Positions 6,338 through 14,352 of a DNA stretch of 14,352 nucleotides are shown piece after piece. Location: assembly GCA_040754455.1 (NCBI GenBank), contig JBFMCP010000055.1:1-14352 (forward strand), read 5' to 3'. Numbering within the stretch: the first letter of the stretch is position 1; each line of letters begins with the position of its first letter. A program made the translations under genes and the position numbers. This DNA is from Nitrospirota bacterium. Lineage in GTDB: Bacteria > Nitrospirota > Thermodesulfovibrionia > Thermodesulfovibrionales > Dissulfurispiraceae. Under the pieces are notes generated by a model. The model had not been told where the DNA came from. It worked only from the letters and a program-made list of their open reading frames with translations, and did not search any database.

Positions 6338-7600
6338 ATGAAGGCAGACATGATTTTAATGAGAATGGTCATTTTTGTTTTTACAGTATCCTTTGCCGTG
6401 TCGCTCGCCTCAGCGCAGTCTTGTCTCGATTGCCATAAGCAGGTGACACCGAATATTGTCTCGGACTGGCAGATAAGCAAACACAGTAAGAACGGGGTGG
6501 GTTGTGCAGCATGCCACGGTGACAAGCACCGCTCGAGACAGGATGTCAGGAATGCACTTATTCCTACCCCTGAGACCTGCGGCACCTGTCACGCGGAGCG
6601 GGTAAAACAATACAAGAGCGGGAAACATGCGCTCGGCTGGGCTGCAATGAAGGCGATGCCGACCATTCATTATCAGCCGATGCTGCTCATCGAAGGGATG
6701 AAAGGATGCGGCGGATGTCATAAAATCGGTATCAAGTCCGAAGCTGAGATAAAAGAACTGGACAAGATCGGCTACCGCTTCGGCCGCGTCGCCTGCGACT
6801 CCTGTCACACGCGGCACGCCTTCAGCGTCCGTGAAGCCCGGCAGCCGCAGGCCTGCCAGACCTGCCACATGGGATTCGACCATCCACAGTGGGAGATGTA
6901 TTCGAGTTCGAAACACGGCGTACGTTTTCTTTTGAAACAGAGTAAGGTGCTCCCCGAAGACACTGCTGCTCCGACATGCCAGACCTGTCATATGCAGCAG
7001 GGCAACCACGAGGTGCGGACAGCGTGGGGCTTTCTTGCGGTGCGACTCCCGATGCCTGAGGACAAGCAGTGGACTGACGACCGTACGACGATTCTGCAGG
7101 CGCTTGGTGTTCTAAGCCCCGACGGCAAGCCGACCGAGCGGCTCGAAGCGGTCAAAGCTGCGGATATCGCACGGCTGACCCAGGAGGCGTGGCAGAAGGA
7201 ACGCGACAGGATGCTCGCCACCTGCAATCAGTGCCATTCAGCAAATTTCGCACGCGGAGAACTGCAGAAGAGCGATCTCCTCATCAGGGATATTGATCAT
7301 CTGATGGCAGAGGCAATCCGTGTAGTTGCAGGACTTTATAACGACGGTATTCTCAAGAAGCCAAAAGGTTATGCTTTTGCATTCCCCGATCTGCTCACGT
7401 TCCATGATGCGCCGACAGTGATTGAGCAGACATTGTTCGTCATGTTCCTCGAGCACCGCATGAGGGCATTTCAGGGCTCGTTTCATTCCAATCCTGATTA
7501 TGCCCTCTGGTACGGATGGAGCGAAATGCAGAGGGATTTGACCGAGATAAGGGAGATGGCAGCGGAGATGCGGAAGAGCGCCAAAAAGGGAAAGAGATAA
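6338..7600 (+). CDS. Periplasmic octaheme cytochrome c, hydroxylamine oxidoreductase (HAO)/epsilon-Hao-like
   Basis: Sec signal (…SLASA|Q). Eight CxxCH motifs: CLDCH, CAACH, CGTCH, CGGCH, CDSCH, CQTCH, CQTCH, CNQCH. HAO-family signatures CHTRHxFS, CHMGFDHPQWEMY and FHSNPDYALWYGW. SD GGAGGTG. Confidence 0.88.
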   Translation: MKADMILMRMVIFVFTVSFAVSLASAQSCLDCHKQVTPNIVSDWQISKHSKNGVGCAACHGDKHRSRQDVRNALIPTPETCGTCHAERVKQYKSGKHALGWAAMKAMPTIHYQPMLLIEGMKGCGGCHKIGIKSEAEIKELDKIGYRFGRVACDSCHTRHAFSVREARQPQACQTCHMGFDHPQWEMYSSSKHGVRFLLKQSKVLPEDTAAPTCQTCHMQQGNHEVRTAWGFLAVRLPMPEDKQWTDDRTTILQALGVLSPDGKPTERLEAVKAADIARLTQEAWQKERDRMLATCNQCHSANFARGELQKSDLLIRDIDHLMAEAIRVVAGLYNDGILKKPKGYAFAFPDLLTFHDAPTVIEQTLFVMFLEHRMRAFQGSFHSNPDYALWYGWSEMQRDLTEIREMAAEMRKSAKKGKR

Positions 7601-7617
7601 TCCAACATCATTCCTGT

Positions 7618-7655
7618 CAGTGAGGGGATATGCTCCGGAGCATATCCCCTCACTG
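7618..7655. terminator. Perfect 38-bp palindrome, probable bidirectional terminator between convergent genes
   Basis: CAGTGAGGGGATATGCTCC|GGAGCATATCCCCTCACTG: 19-bp arms with no spacer, starting 18 nt after the cytochrome stop. Confidence 0.7.
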
Positions 7656-7681
7656 CGTCTATCCGATCTTCTTTATTCTTA

Positions 7682-7806
7682 GAGCGTCTAACAAAATGAG
7701 GAAATGTCATTCCGGCTTGTCCGGAATCTTTCCTCGTGGTAAGAGGGATTCCTGAGAAACGGGAATGACAACGCTGCAACTTACAAAGTCATTCTGTTAC
7801 AGACTC
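7682..7806. mobile_element. 125-bp MITE with TTA target duplication and internal REP-like cruciform
   Basis: TTA at 7679-7681 and 7807-7809. Terminal inverted repeats GAGCGTCTAACAAAATGA / TCATTCTGTTACAGACTC match at 14/18. Internal TGTCATTCCGG..CCGGAATC...GATTCC..GGGAATGACA (7705-7770). Confidence 0.75.
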
Positions 7807-8482
7807 TTAATTTCGAGAGGCCGATCCACACAAGCACTACACCGCCGAGTAAAGGAATCGAGGGTTCGGGCACTGCGGTCGGAGGCGCTCCCCTTCCCAA
7901 TTCTATTGTAAAGGCGAGATCGGTGGGGAGGAAGTCGGCGGTGGTCTCCCAGTCATTCGTGAAGAGCATATTAAAATCGCTTCCGTTATTCATAAAGACA
8001 AAGGTGCCGTCAGCATAGGCGCTGTCATCACCCGTTATGCCCCACTCCGACTGACCGGTGATCCCATCGAAGAAGTTCGATGCAGATCCAAAAGCGACGT
8101 AATCGCCCGGCGTCAAGTCTACATTAATATTGTTGAACGAAATGGCCTCGAATCCGGCGCTCCCCTGGGTGGTCACCATGGAGCTTGCATACAATGCATT
8201 CCCTGTTATCCTTGTCCCGGTCCATTGATAAACGTAAAATGCAAAATCGACCGCATCCGGATTTCTCAAATCGTTTACATAAAAGGTTGCCGATGTTAAA
8301 CGGTTGTCCATTCCGGGGGTTATTCTGAACGTCTGTCCGTAGGTCGCCGAATTCGGCTCTCCCATAGCGCCGATCGACAGCGATCCGTCCCAAGAGGGAA
8401 GGGTGCTGATCGTCGCCGCTCCTGCTGCTCCGCTCAAAAGAAGAATGCCTGCACATACTATCGTCGCCACTATCCGTTTCAC
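7781..8482 (-). CDS. PEP-CTERM sorting-domain surface protein
   Basis: SD AGGAGG then GTG 8482 gives MKRIVATIVCAGILLLSGAAGA|ATI (signal peptide), a beta-rich body, and C-terminal AVPEPSIPLLGGVVLVWIGLSKLR (VPEP, TM segment, basic residues). Confidence 0.88.
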   Translation of the reverse strand: MKRIVATIVCAGILLLSGAAGAATISTLPSWDGSLSIGAMGEPNSATYGQTFRITPGMDNRLTSATFYVNDLRNPDAVDFAFYVYQWTGTRITGNALYASSMVTTQGSAGFEAISFNNINVDLTPGDYVAFGSASNFFDGITGQSEWGITGDDSAYADGTFVFMNNGSDFNMLFTNDWETTADFLPTDLAFTIELGRGAPPTAVPEPSIPLLGGVVLVWIGLSKLRVCNRMTL

Positions 8483-8525
8483 TGTCCGCCTCCTGGTTTT
8501 ATTAATGTTTTCGAAATTTGTAAAA

Positions 8526-8542
8526 TGCAAGCATTGTGCCAA
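8526..8542 (-). promoter_or_regulatory. sigma-54 (-24/-12) promoter of the PEP-CTERM gene
   Basis: Minus strand TTGGCACAATGCTTGCA is a full TGGCAC-N5-TTGCA consensus, 44 nt upstream of the start codon. Confidence 0.88.
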
Positions 8543-8582
8543 TGGTGAAAATCATATTTTTTCAAAGGATGACCGCGACGTG

Positions 8583-8950
8583 TGTAAGCCTTTCCAACAA
8601 AACCATGATGACAAATTTTACAGCCTGTGCACTGAAGTGTTTCCGCATACTGCCCGCCATGAGGGTAAGTAGATCATAGTACGAGGGATTCAGGTCTTTT
8701 CTCCGCGCTTGTTTTTGCGATTGTAGGCTTGTAAATTTTTTCGACAGACATACTTACTTCGTCAGTTCCGGCTGTGCAGCCAGCAGGGTATCTTTTAGAG
8801 TTGACGAAAATGTTTACAACAATACCGTTCTTTCGGCGTCTCTTTAATCTTTTCAGTAATGGACGGATTTGTTTGATTTTGCTGATGGTCTTAATGTCGA
8901 AGTTCTTGCCGCACAGCTCATCCTGCTGGTGCGTGACGAAAAATCTTACA
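8583..8950. promoter_or_regulatory. Five 17-bp enhancer-like boxes (consensus TGTAA-N7-CRWCA), PEP-CTERM-box/PrsR-like
   Basis: +8583-8599 TGTAAGCCTTTCCAACA; -8606-8622 TGTAAAATTTGTCATCA; +8730-8746 TGTAAATTTTTTCGACA; -8802-8818 TGTAAACATTTTCGTCA; -8934-8950 TGTAAGATTTTTCGTCA. Confidence 0.75.
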
Positions 8951-9064
8951 CGAACATACCTCAAATCCGTCGACAATATTAATTTTTTTTCGTTTTCCTC
9001 CTGCTTTTGTCGCTCCGCCGGGCATGCGTAAAAATTATTTTCCTTTTTTCAAACGTTTCCGATT

Positions 9065-9081
9065 CTGGCAGGAATGTTGCT
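9065..9081 (+). promoter_or_regulatory. sigma-54 (-24/-12) promoter of the giant secreted protein gene
   Basis: CTGGCAGGAATGTTGCT gives GG-N10-GC with TGGCA and TTGCT, about 108 nt upstream of ATG 9189. Confidence 0.8.
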
Positions 9082-9188
9082 TCTACTTGCCTTGATGATA
9101 TCTTTACTCGGTGTTTCCGCACATTATGCAGATGCATACTGTAGAAAGTCGCACAAAGCTTGTCAACGAGAGTATGAAAGGAGGAACA

Positions 9189-12100
9189 ATGAGAAGCAGT
9201 CCAGGGCGACATCGTCTGATGAAGTGGTGTCTCACGGTTGTGCTGTTGCTGTTCGGTGTTTTTCTGCAGTCGGATATCCAGGCATTCACGTTGAATGTAG
9301 TCGGATGTGATCAGAATAATAACTGCAACCTGCCGGTCAACGGCTTCCGGTGGCTTTTAGAGGAGGACAATACCGATCTCGTTGCCCCTGGTGTTCCATG
9401 GAACGATCCCGGCAGCCCCAGCGCCGGACCTGCACTTTCCATCCACAAGAGCCACGCGCCAGTAATCACCAAGGGGCAAGCTGCAGGCTCGAGCACGATG
9501 GTTGATGTGCCGAATACGGGGCGATACGTTATATCAGTATTGCCCGATGCCGGCTTTTCGAACGGCGGTGCGGTAGTAGCGGTAGGGCAGGATACGGTGA
9601 CGGTCCATGTGCACCAGCATCCAATACCTACGGCGCAGATTTCGGTCCTCGCCTTTGTCGACCAGAACCCCATCAATAATGGAAAGGATGAGGGTGAGCA
9701 AGGGTTGGGTGGCGCCACTGTTATCGTGACTGACGCTTTCGGTGGCGGACCGATATCGCAGGATGTGTTCGGCAATCCGCTTGGAACGAGATATAATCCC
9801 GACGGCTCTGTTGCACAGATTGGCAGCGGCGTTATTACTACACTTACCCAGGCAGACTTCGATGCAGGCAACAACCCCGACAACCTCAAAGTCGGTGAAG
9901 CATTGGTCAAGTATATCGCTCCCGGCAAGTACGGTATACGGGTGGTCCCGCCGCGCATTGATGACAGCGGCGCCGAGATGCAATGGATACAGACTACCAC
10001 AATAGAAGGTACGCCGACCATCGATGCATGGGTCAAGGCGAATGAGCCGAGGCTCTTTGTCGAGGGCTTTGGCACCGCCTTCAATCACGTTGCCTTCGGA
10101 TTTATTAAGCTCAGTCCTACTGTGTCGACGTTCAAGGGACAGACGCTCGGCATACTCCCGTGGAACGCCACTCCGCCCACGGGAAACGGCTCGATCCAGG
10201 GTACGCTGCGCGCCAACCACTTTGCACGTCCTCCCATGAACCAGGGATACTTTCCCGGAGAGCTGATGGCGGAGTGCTGGGTCGGTCTGAATAATCCTCT
10301 TCTCCCTCCGGAAGCTCCTGCACCGGGCGGCGGTCCCGGTGAGGTCTTCAATGCCATGGGCCTCTACGCCGCTCCCTGCGATGCGAACAGCCATTTTGTG
10401 ATCAACAATGTTCCTCCTGGTACCTATCAGCTGGTCTGGTGGGACAAGCCGCTCGATTACCTCTTCGGCTGGAGCACGGTTGTTGTCGGACCAGGCCAGA
10501 ATGTGGACCTCGGCAATGTCCTGGCATTCAGGTGGTTCGGCACCCTTCAGGGCACGGTGTTCTATGATGCCGACCAGGACGGGTTCAGGGATGTCGGCGA
10601 GCCGGGTCTCGCAAGCCAGGCGGTCAACATCCGCTTCCGCGACGGTTCAATGTATCAGGCTACGGTAACCGATCCATCAGGTGAATATGCGTTATCAGAG
10701 GTGTTCCCCTTCTTCAAATGGCTCGTTCCCGAGGTTGATTTTGCACGCTTCAAGGCAACAGGCCTGACAACGGTTGTGGATTACGGCGGACAGATCCCGC
10801 CTGCAAACGGATGGATCATGCCGTCTTTTGACAAGCTCACCCCACAGCCTCAAGTGACGCCGCCGAACTGGCCTGCGGGCACCCCGCCTTCAACAACACC
10901 GGTGAACAATCCCAATACCGGCAATAATCTCTCTCGCACTGAGATGGGACCTGTACTCACGCAGGCCATGCATCTCTTCCTTAATCAGACGAATGTGATC
11001 GACTGGGGCAAGGTCGCCTATGGTCCGAATGAGAACGGCGGCATAACCGGTATTGTCTATTATGATGTTACCCGTGCAGAGGATGCCCCCCGGTATAATG
11101 CCCCTGAACCCTGGCAACCCGGCATTCCAAACGTTACAGTAAATCTCTACGAAGATTTTAATAGTGACGGCATTCCCGACGGGGCTGCAATCGACAGTGT
11201 CACGACCGACAGCTGGGATGCAAACGCTCCGACGGGCTGCATCCAGGAACTCCCGGTCATCCACGGCCAGGCGATCCCGCCGTGCGCCGATTCCTATGGG
11301 ACGTGGAACCAGATGCGGCCGGGTGTTTTCGACGGCGGCTATGCCTTCGGTCCGGATCTCCCTCCGGGAACGTACATCGTTGAAGTAGTGCCTCCGCCCG
11401 GTTATGAACTCGTGAAGGAGGAGGATAAAAATGTCGATTTCGGTGACGAGTACAAACCAAGTCTGCTTCTCCTGCCGCCGGTTTGTGTCGGCGCGCCTCA
11501 TACGGTTCCGGCAGAGCTGAGCCTCTTTCCCGGTGTTCCTGTTAACACCACCAACATGGTCGACATCGACCCCGCTACTCCGGGCATCCAGCGTCCGCTC
11601 TGCGACCGGAAGCAGGTTGTTGTCCGCAACGGGCAGAATACCGCGGCCGATTTTTATCTCTTTACTGAAGTGCCTAAGGCTGCGCGTGCCGTCGGTTTTG
11701 TGAACAATGACCTCGGTGCTGAGTTTAATATGGCGAGCCCGAACTTCGGCGAGAAGCTCGCGGCAGCGTGGATACCTATATCGTTTAAGGATTGGGCAGG
11801 GAAGGAGATCGTCCGTGTCTATGCCGACGAGTTCGGCAGTTACAACGCACTACTGCCGTCCACCTATACGGCGAATATCCCCTCTCCGTCAGGTTTCTCT
11901 CCAAATATGATTACTGCCGTGCTTAATGATCCGATCATGGCTGACGGCAGCATCGACCCATTCTACAACCCCGTCTACAGTATCACGCCGTGGACTTTCG
12001 AATTCATGCCCGGAAAGACCACCTATATGGATACACCGTTGATCCCCATGGCGGCGTTTTCTGCGGCGGGCACGCAGCTCGATACCGCGCCGCCGAGCAA

Positions 12101-14352
12101 CACTCCGGTGATCAAGACGGTCACGGGCCCTGAAGCTGGCGGCGGGCCGGTGATGTGCTCGAGCAGGACAACCGGCAGAACCGTTACGATCACCGGGGTC
12201 TCATCTGCATGGATTATCAATCCGGCATATAGCCCCAATATACCGGGCAGCCAGTTCCGCATTCAACGTTTCTTCGGCTTCGGCTCAACGACGGGCCAGG
12301 TACTGCTCAACGGCGTAGCAATCCCTTCGGCCAATATTCAGAGCTGGACCAATGATACCATTACCTTCACGGTCCCTGCCGGTGCGACCACCGGCACGTT
12401 GATGGTGAGGCGCGGTGACAACAACCTCTTGACCGAGGTCGGCGTGACCTTCAATATTGTTGATTGTGCTACGACGCCTATTGTCCATGTTGCACCACCT
12501 ACTCCGGGTAACCCGACTCCGATACAGGACGCAATCGATGCTGCTACGGTCCCGGGCACCCTCATTATCGTCGGGGAGGGTAATTACAATGAGAACGTTG
12601 TCATGAATAAGCCGGTGATCCTGCAGGGTTCCGGTGCAGGAGGTACGTTTATCTTCGGCACTCCCTCACCGCGCGACCGGCTGCAGGCGTGGCACGACCG
12701 GATGAATGCCCTCGGTGCCCGGGAATTCGCTGCGTTCCTCCTGAAGGATCCGTTCTCGGAGAGTGAAGCACCGGTCATTATGGTTGCAGGCCAAACGGAA
12801 TACACGGGAGGAACGCTCCAGAATCCTACTGCTGAGCAGAGATTTTTCAACCAGGGCAATCCCTTCACCACAGCAGGCCAGGCGCGCATCGACGGCTTTA
12901 CGCTCTCGGGCTCGAACACGGGCGGCGGCATCTTTGCGGTCAGCGGTGCGCGCTACCTGGTGATCAGCAATAACAATATTACGGGCAATTCAGGTAACTA
13001 TGCCGGCGGCATCGCGATCGGCACCCAGGATGTGGGCTTCAATTCCCAGAATTCAAATATCATCATCCGTCAGAACAAGATCCACAAGAACGGCGGCATC
13101 CAGGGCGGCGGCGGTATTGCCATGAACGAACGCGCGGATAACTACCTGATAGAGGACAACTACATTATCGGTAACTTCTCCCGCTTCAACGGCGGCGGCA
13201 TCAACCACCGTGGCGACAGTCTCGGCGAAAACGTTATCCGCAGAAACAGGATCCTCTTCAACGAGGTAACTGTAGGCGCGCTGATCGCCAGAGCGGGAGA
13301 CGGCGGCGGCATCTATATCGGTGATAACGTCGTGGCAGGCACCGGAACCGGCAATGTCACGATTGATGCCAACCTGATTCAGGGCAACATCAGCGGAGCA
13401 GGGTACGGCGGCGGCATCCGCGCCTTTGCCGTCAACGGTGATGATGTGCGGAACTCCCCGGATAACGATGCAGCCTGGTACAGGTTGAGAATCTTCAACA
13501 ACATTATCGTGAACAATGTTGCCGGACTGGCAGGTGCCGGCATCTCGCTACAGGATGTGGCCAGATCGTTCATTATCAACAACACCATCGCCAACAACGA
13601 CAGCACGGCCACCAGCGCCAATGCCTTTATTGCAGGGCAGCTCGACTCCACGCCGCAGCCGGCGGGCGTCATTTCAACAGTACACAGCGATGCCTTGCAG
13701 GGCCTGTTCGGTGCGGGACTCGCAGAGACCTATGCGAACCCGGTGCTGGTCAATAACATCATCTGGCACAACAGGTCCTTCTATAACAACCACCTGCTCA
13801 ACGGCGGCGCAGGAGGGCTGGCGCCGAATCCGACAAGTCCCTATTGGGACCTGGACGTTCTGGGTACGACGACGCAGCTGAATCCTCAGTACTGCATTCT
13901 GAGCAGTACGGCAGGGTATGCTGCGACCAACATCGCGACGAATCCTGCGTTTGTCAGCGAATACTTCAATGCGCTCCAGACGGCGACTGTATTGGACGAG
14001 GGAGGCAACAACATTACCGTTATCTTCACTCCCCTGACAGTCAGCGGCGACTATCACATCCAGAGCACATCGCCTGCGGTGAACAGCGGCGTGAACACGT
14101 ATCTTACGCAGTTCGCGGAACTGCGGAGGGACTATGACAATCAGGTAAGGCCGGGCGGTACGGTATCCGATAGAGGTGCTGATGAAGTAGTTGCGGGCGG
14201 TCCGACACCGCCGGGCGCACCGGTCCTCTATCTATCATTGTTTGCCGACCAGACGATCGGGGGGGTGGCGTATGCGAACGAGGACATTCTGGTCTTTGAC
14301 AGCAACAACCAGTTCTCGATGCTGTTCGACGGCAGTGACGTCGGCGTGGGCG
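9189..14352 (+). CDS. Giant secreted multidomain protein (>1720 aa, 3'-partial): SdrD-B/Cna-like repeats, IPT/TIG, right-handed beta-helix, choice-of-anchor-Q-like motif
   Basis: SD AAGGAGG and ATG 9189; manual translation shows no stop to the window end. Signal peptide (...KWCLTVVLLLFGVFLQSDIQA|F); GTVFYDADQDGFRDVGEPGL (~10550-10610); FGSTTGQVLLNG..SWTNDTITFTVP (~12280-12400); PIQDAIDAA..GEGNYNENV plus GGGI/NNII repeats (12520-13770); DYHIQSTSPAVNSG..DYDNQVR..DRGADE (14049-14186). Confidence 0.92.
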   Translation, partial: MRSSPGRHRLMKWCLTVVLLLFGVFLQSDIQAFTLNVVGCDQNNNCNLPVNGFRWLLEEDNTDLVAPGVPWNDPGSPSAGPALSIHKSHAPVITKGQAAGSSTMVDVPNTGRYVISVLPDAGFSNGGAVVAVGQDTVTVHVHQHPIPTAQISVLAFVDQNPINNGKDEGEQGLGGATVIVTDAFGGGPISQDVFGNPLGTRYNPDGSVAQIGSGVITTLTQADFDAGNNPDNLKVGEALVKYIAPGKYGIRVVPPRIDDSGAEMQWIQTTTIEGTPTIDAWVKANEPRLFVEGFGTAFNHVAFGFIKLSPTVSTFKGQTLGILPWNATPPTGNGSIQGTLRANHFARPPMNQGYFPGELMAECWVGLNNPLLPPEAPAPGGGPGEVFNAMGLYAAPCDANSHFVINNVPPGTYQLVWWDKPLDYLFGWSTVVVGPGQNVDLGNVLAFRWFGTLQGTVFYDADQDGFRDVGEPGLASQAVNIRFRDGSMYQATVTDPSGEYALSEVFPFFKWLVPEVDFARFKATGLTTVVDYGGQIPPANGWIMPSFDKLTPQPQVTPPNWPAGTPPSTTPVNNPNTGNNLSRTEMGPVLTQAMHLFLNQTNVIDWGKVAYGPNENGGITGIVYYDVTRAEDAPRYNAPEPWQPGIPNVTVNLYEDFNSDGIPDGAAIDSVTTDSWDANAPTGCIQELPVIHGQAIPPCADSYGTWNQMRPGVFDGGYAFGPDLPPGTYIVEVVPPPGYELVKEEDKNVDFGDEYKPSLLLLPPVCVGAPHTVPAELSLFPGVPVNTTNMVDIDPATPGIQRPLCDRKQVVVRNGQNTAADFYLFTEVPKAARAVGFVNNDLGAEFNMASPNFGEKLAAAWIPISFKDWAGKEIVRVYADEFGSYNALLPSTYTANIPSPSGFSPNMITAVLNDPIMADGSIDPFYNPVYSITPWTFEFMPGKTTYMDTPLIPMAAFSAAGTQLDTAPPSNTPVIKTVTGPEAGGGPVMCSSRTTGRTVTITGVSSAWIINPAYSPNIPGSQFRIQRFFGFGSTTGQVLLNGVAIPSANIQSWTNDTITFTVPAGATTGTLMVRRGDNNLLTEVGVTFNIVDCATTPIVHVAPPTPGNPTPIQDAIDAATVPGTLIIVGEGNYNENVVMNKPVILQGSGAGGTFIFGTPSPRDRLQAWHDRMNALGAREFAAFLLKDPFSESEAPVIMVAGQTEYTGGTLQNPTAEQRFFNQGNPFTTAGQARIDGFTLSGSNTGGGIFAVSGARYLVISNNNITGNSGNYAGGIAIGTQDVGFNSQNSNIIIRQNKIHKNGGIQGGGGIAMNERADNYLIEDNYIIGNFSRFNGGGINHRGDSLGENVIRRNRILFNEVTVGALIARAGDGGGIYIGDNVVAGTGTGNVTIDANLIQGNISGAGYGGGIRAFAVNGDDVRNSPDNDAAWYRLRIFNNIIVNNVAGLAGAGISLQDVARSFIINNTIANNDSTATSANAFIAGQLDSTPQPAGVISTVHSDALQGLFGAGLAETYANPVLVNNIIWHNRSFYNNHLLNGGAGGLAPNPTSPYWDLDVLGTTTQLNPQYCILSSTAGYAATNIATNPAFVSEYFNALQTATVLDEGGNNITVIFTPLTVSGDYHIQSTSPAVNSGVNTYLTQFAELRRDYDNQVRPGGTVSDRGADEVVAGGPTPPGAPVLYLSLFADQTIGGVAYANEDILVFDSNNQFSMLFDGSDVGVG

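Noticed and set aside
3560..7486. Alternate-frame and antisense ORFs within korA, korB and the cytochrome gene
   Set aside because: Shadow ORFs of GC3-rich genes with clear family motifs in the main frame.
8583..8950. Repeated 17-mers as a CRISPR array or iterons
   Set aside because: Degenerate, irregularly spaced and in both orientations, with no cas or rep gene; they fit activator binding sites.
8403..9310. Several 77-100 aa ORFs in the divergent intergenic region
   Set aside because: They overlap the sigma-54 promoters and enhancer boxes, have low-complexity AT-rich translations and lack an SD; the region is better explained as regulatory.
9311..14137. Many minus-strand and alternate-frame ORFs, up to 286 aa
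   Set aside because: Shadows of the single giant + strand ORF starting at 9189.

Overview
Bacterial chromosomal window; the gene repertoire suggests an anaerobic or microaerobic Nitrospirota/Desulfobacterota-like organism (inference only). (1) 1-2070 is a decayed mobile-element hotspot around a tRNA-Leu(TAG). It holds the left end of an IS5/IS1182-type IS, a collapsed integrative element (frameshifted prim-pol, start-less excisionase joined in frame to an integrase tail), an IS256-type end, a Fic pseudogene, and a stand-alone type IIG R-M C-terminal-like ORF. (2) 2678-7600 encodes an MlaA/VacJ-family protein, a 2-oxoacid:ferredoxin oxidoreductase alpha/beta pair and an HAO-family octaheme cytochrome c, followed by a perfect 38-bp palindrome. 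(3) 7682-14352 has a 125-bp MITE that has rewritten the sorting tail of a PEP-CTERM gene. That gene and a giant secreted protein (>1720 aa, absent from the ORF track because it runs off the window) are transcribed divergently from two sigma-54 promoters flanking five copies of a 17-bp enhancer-like box.
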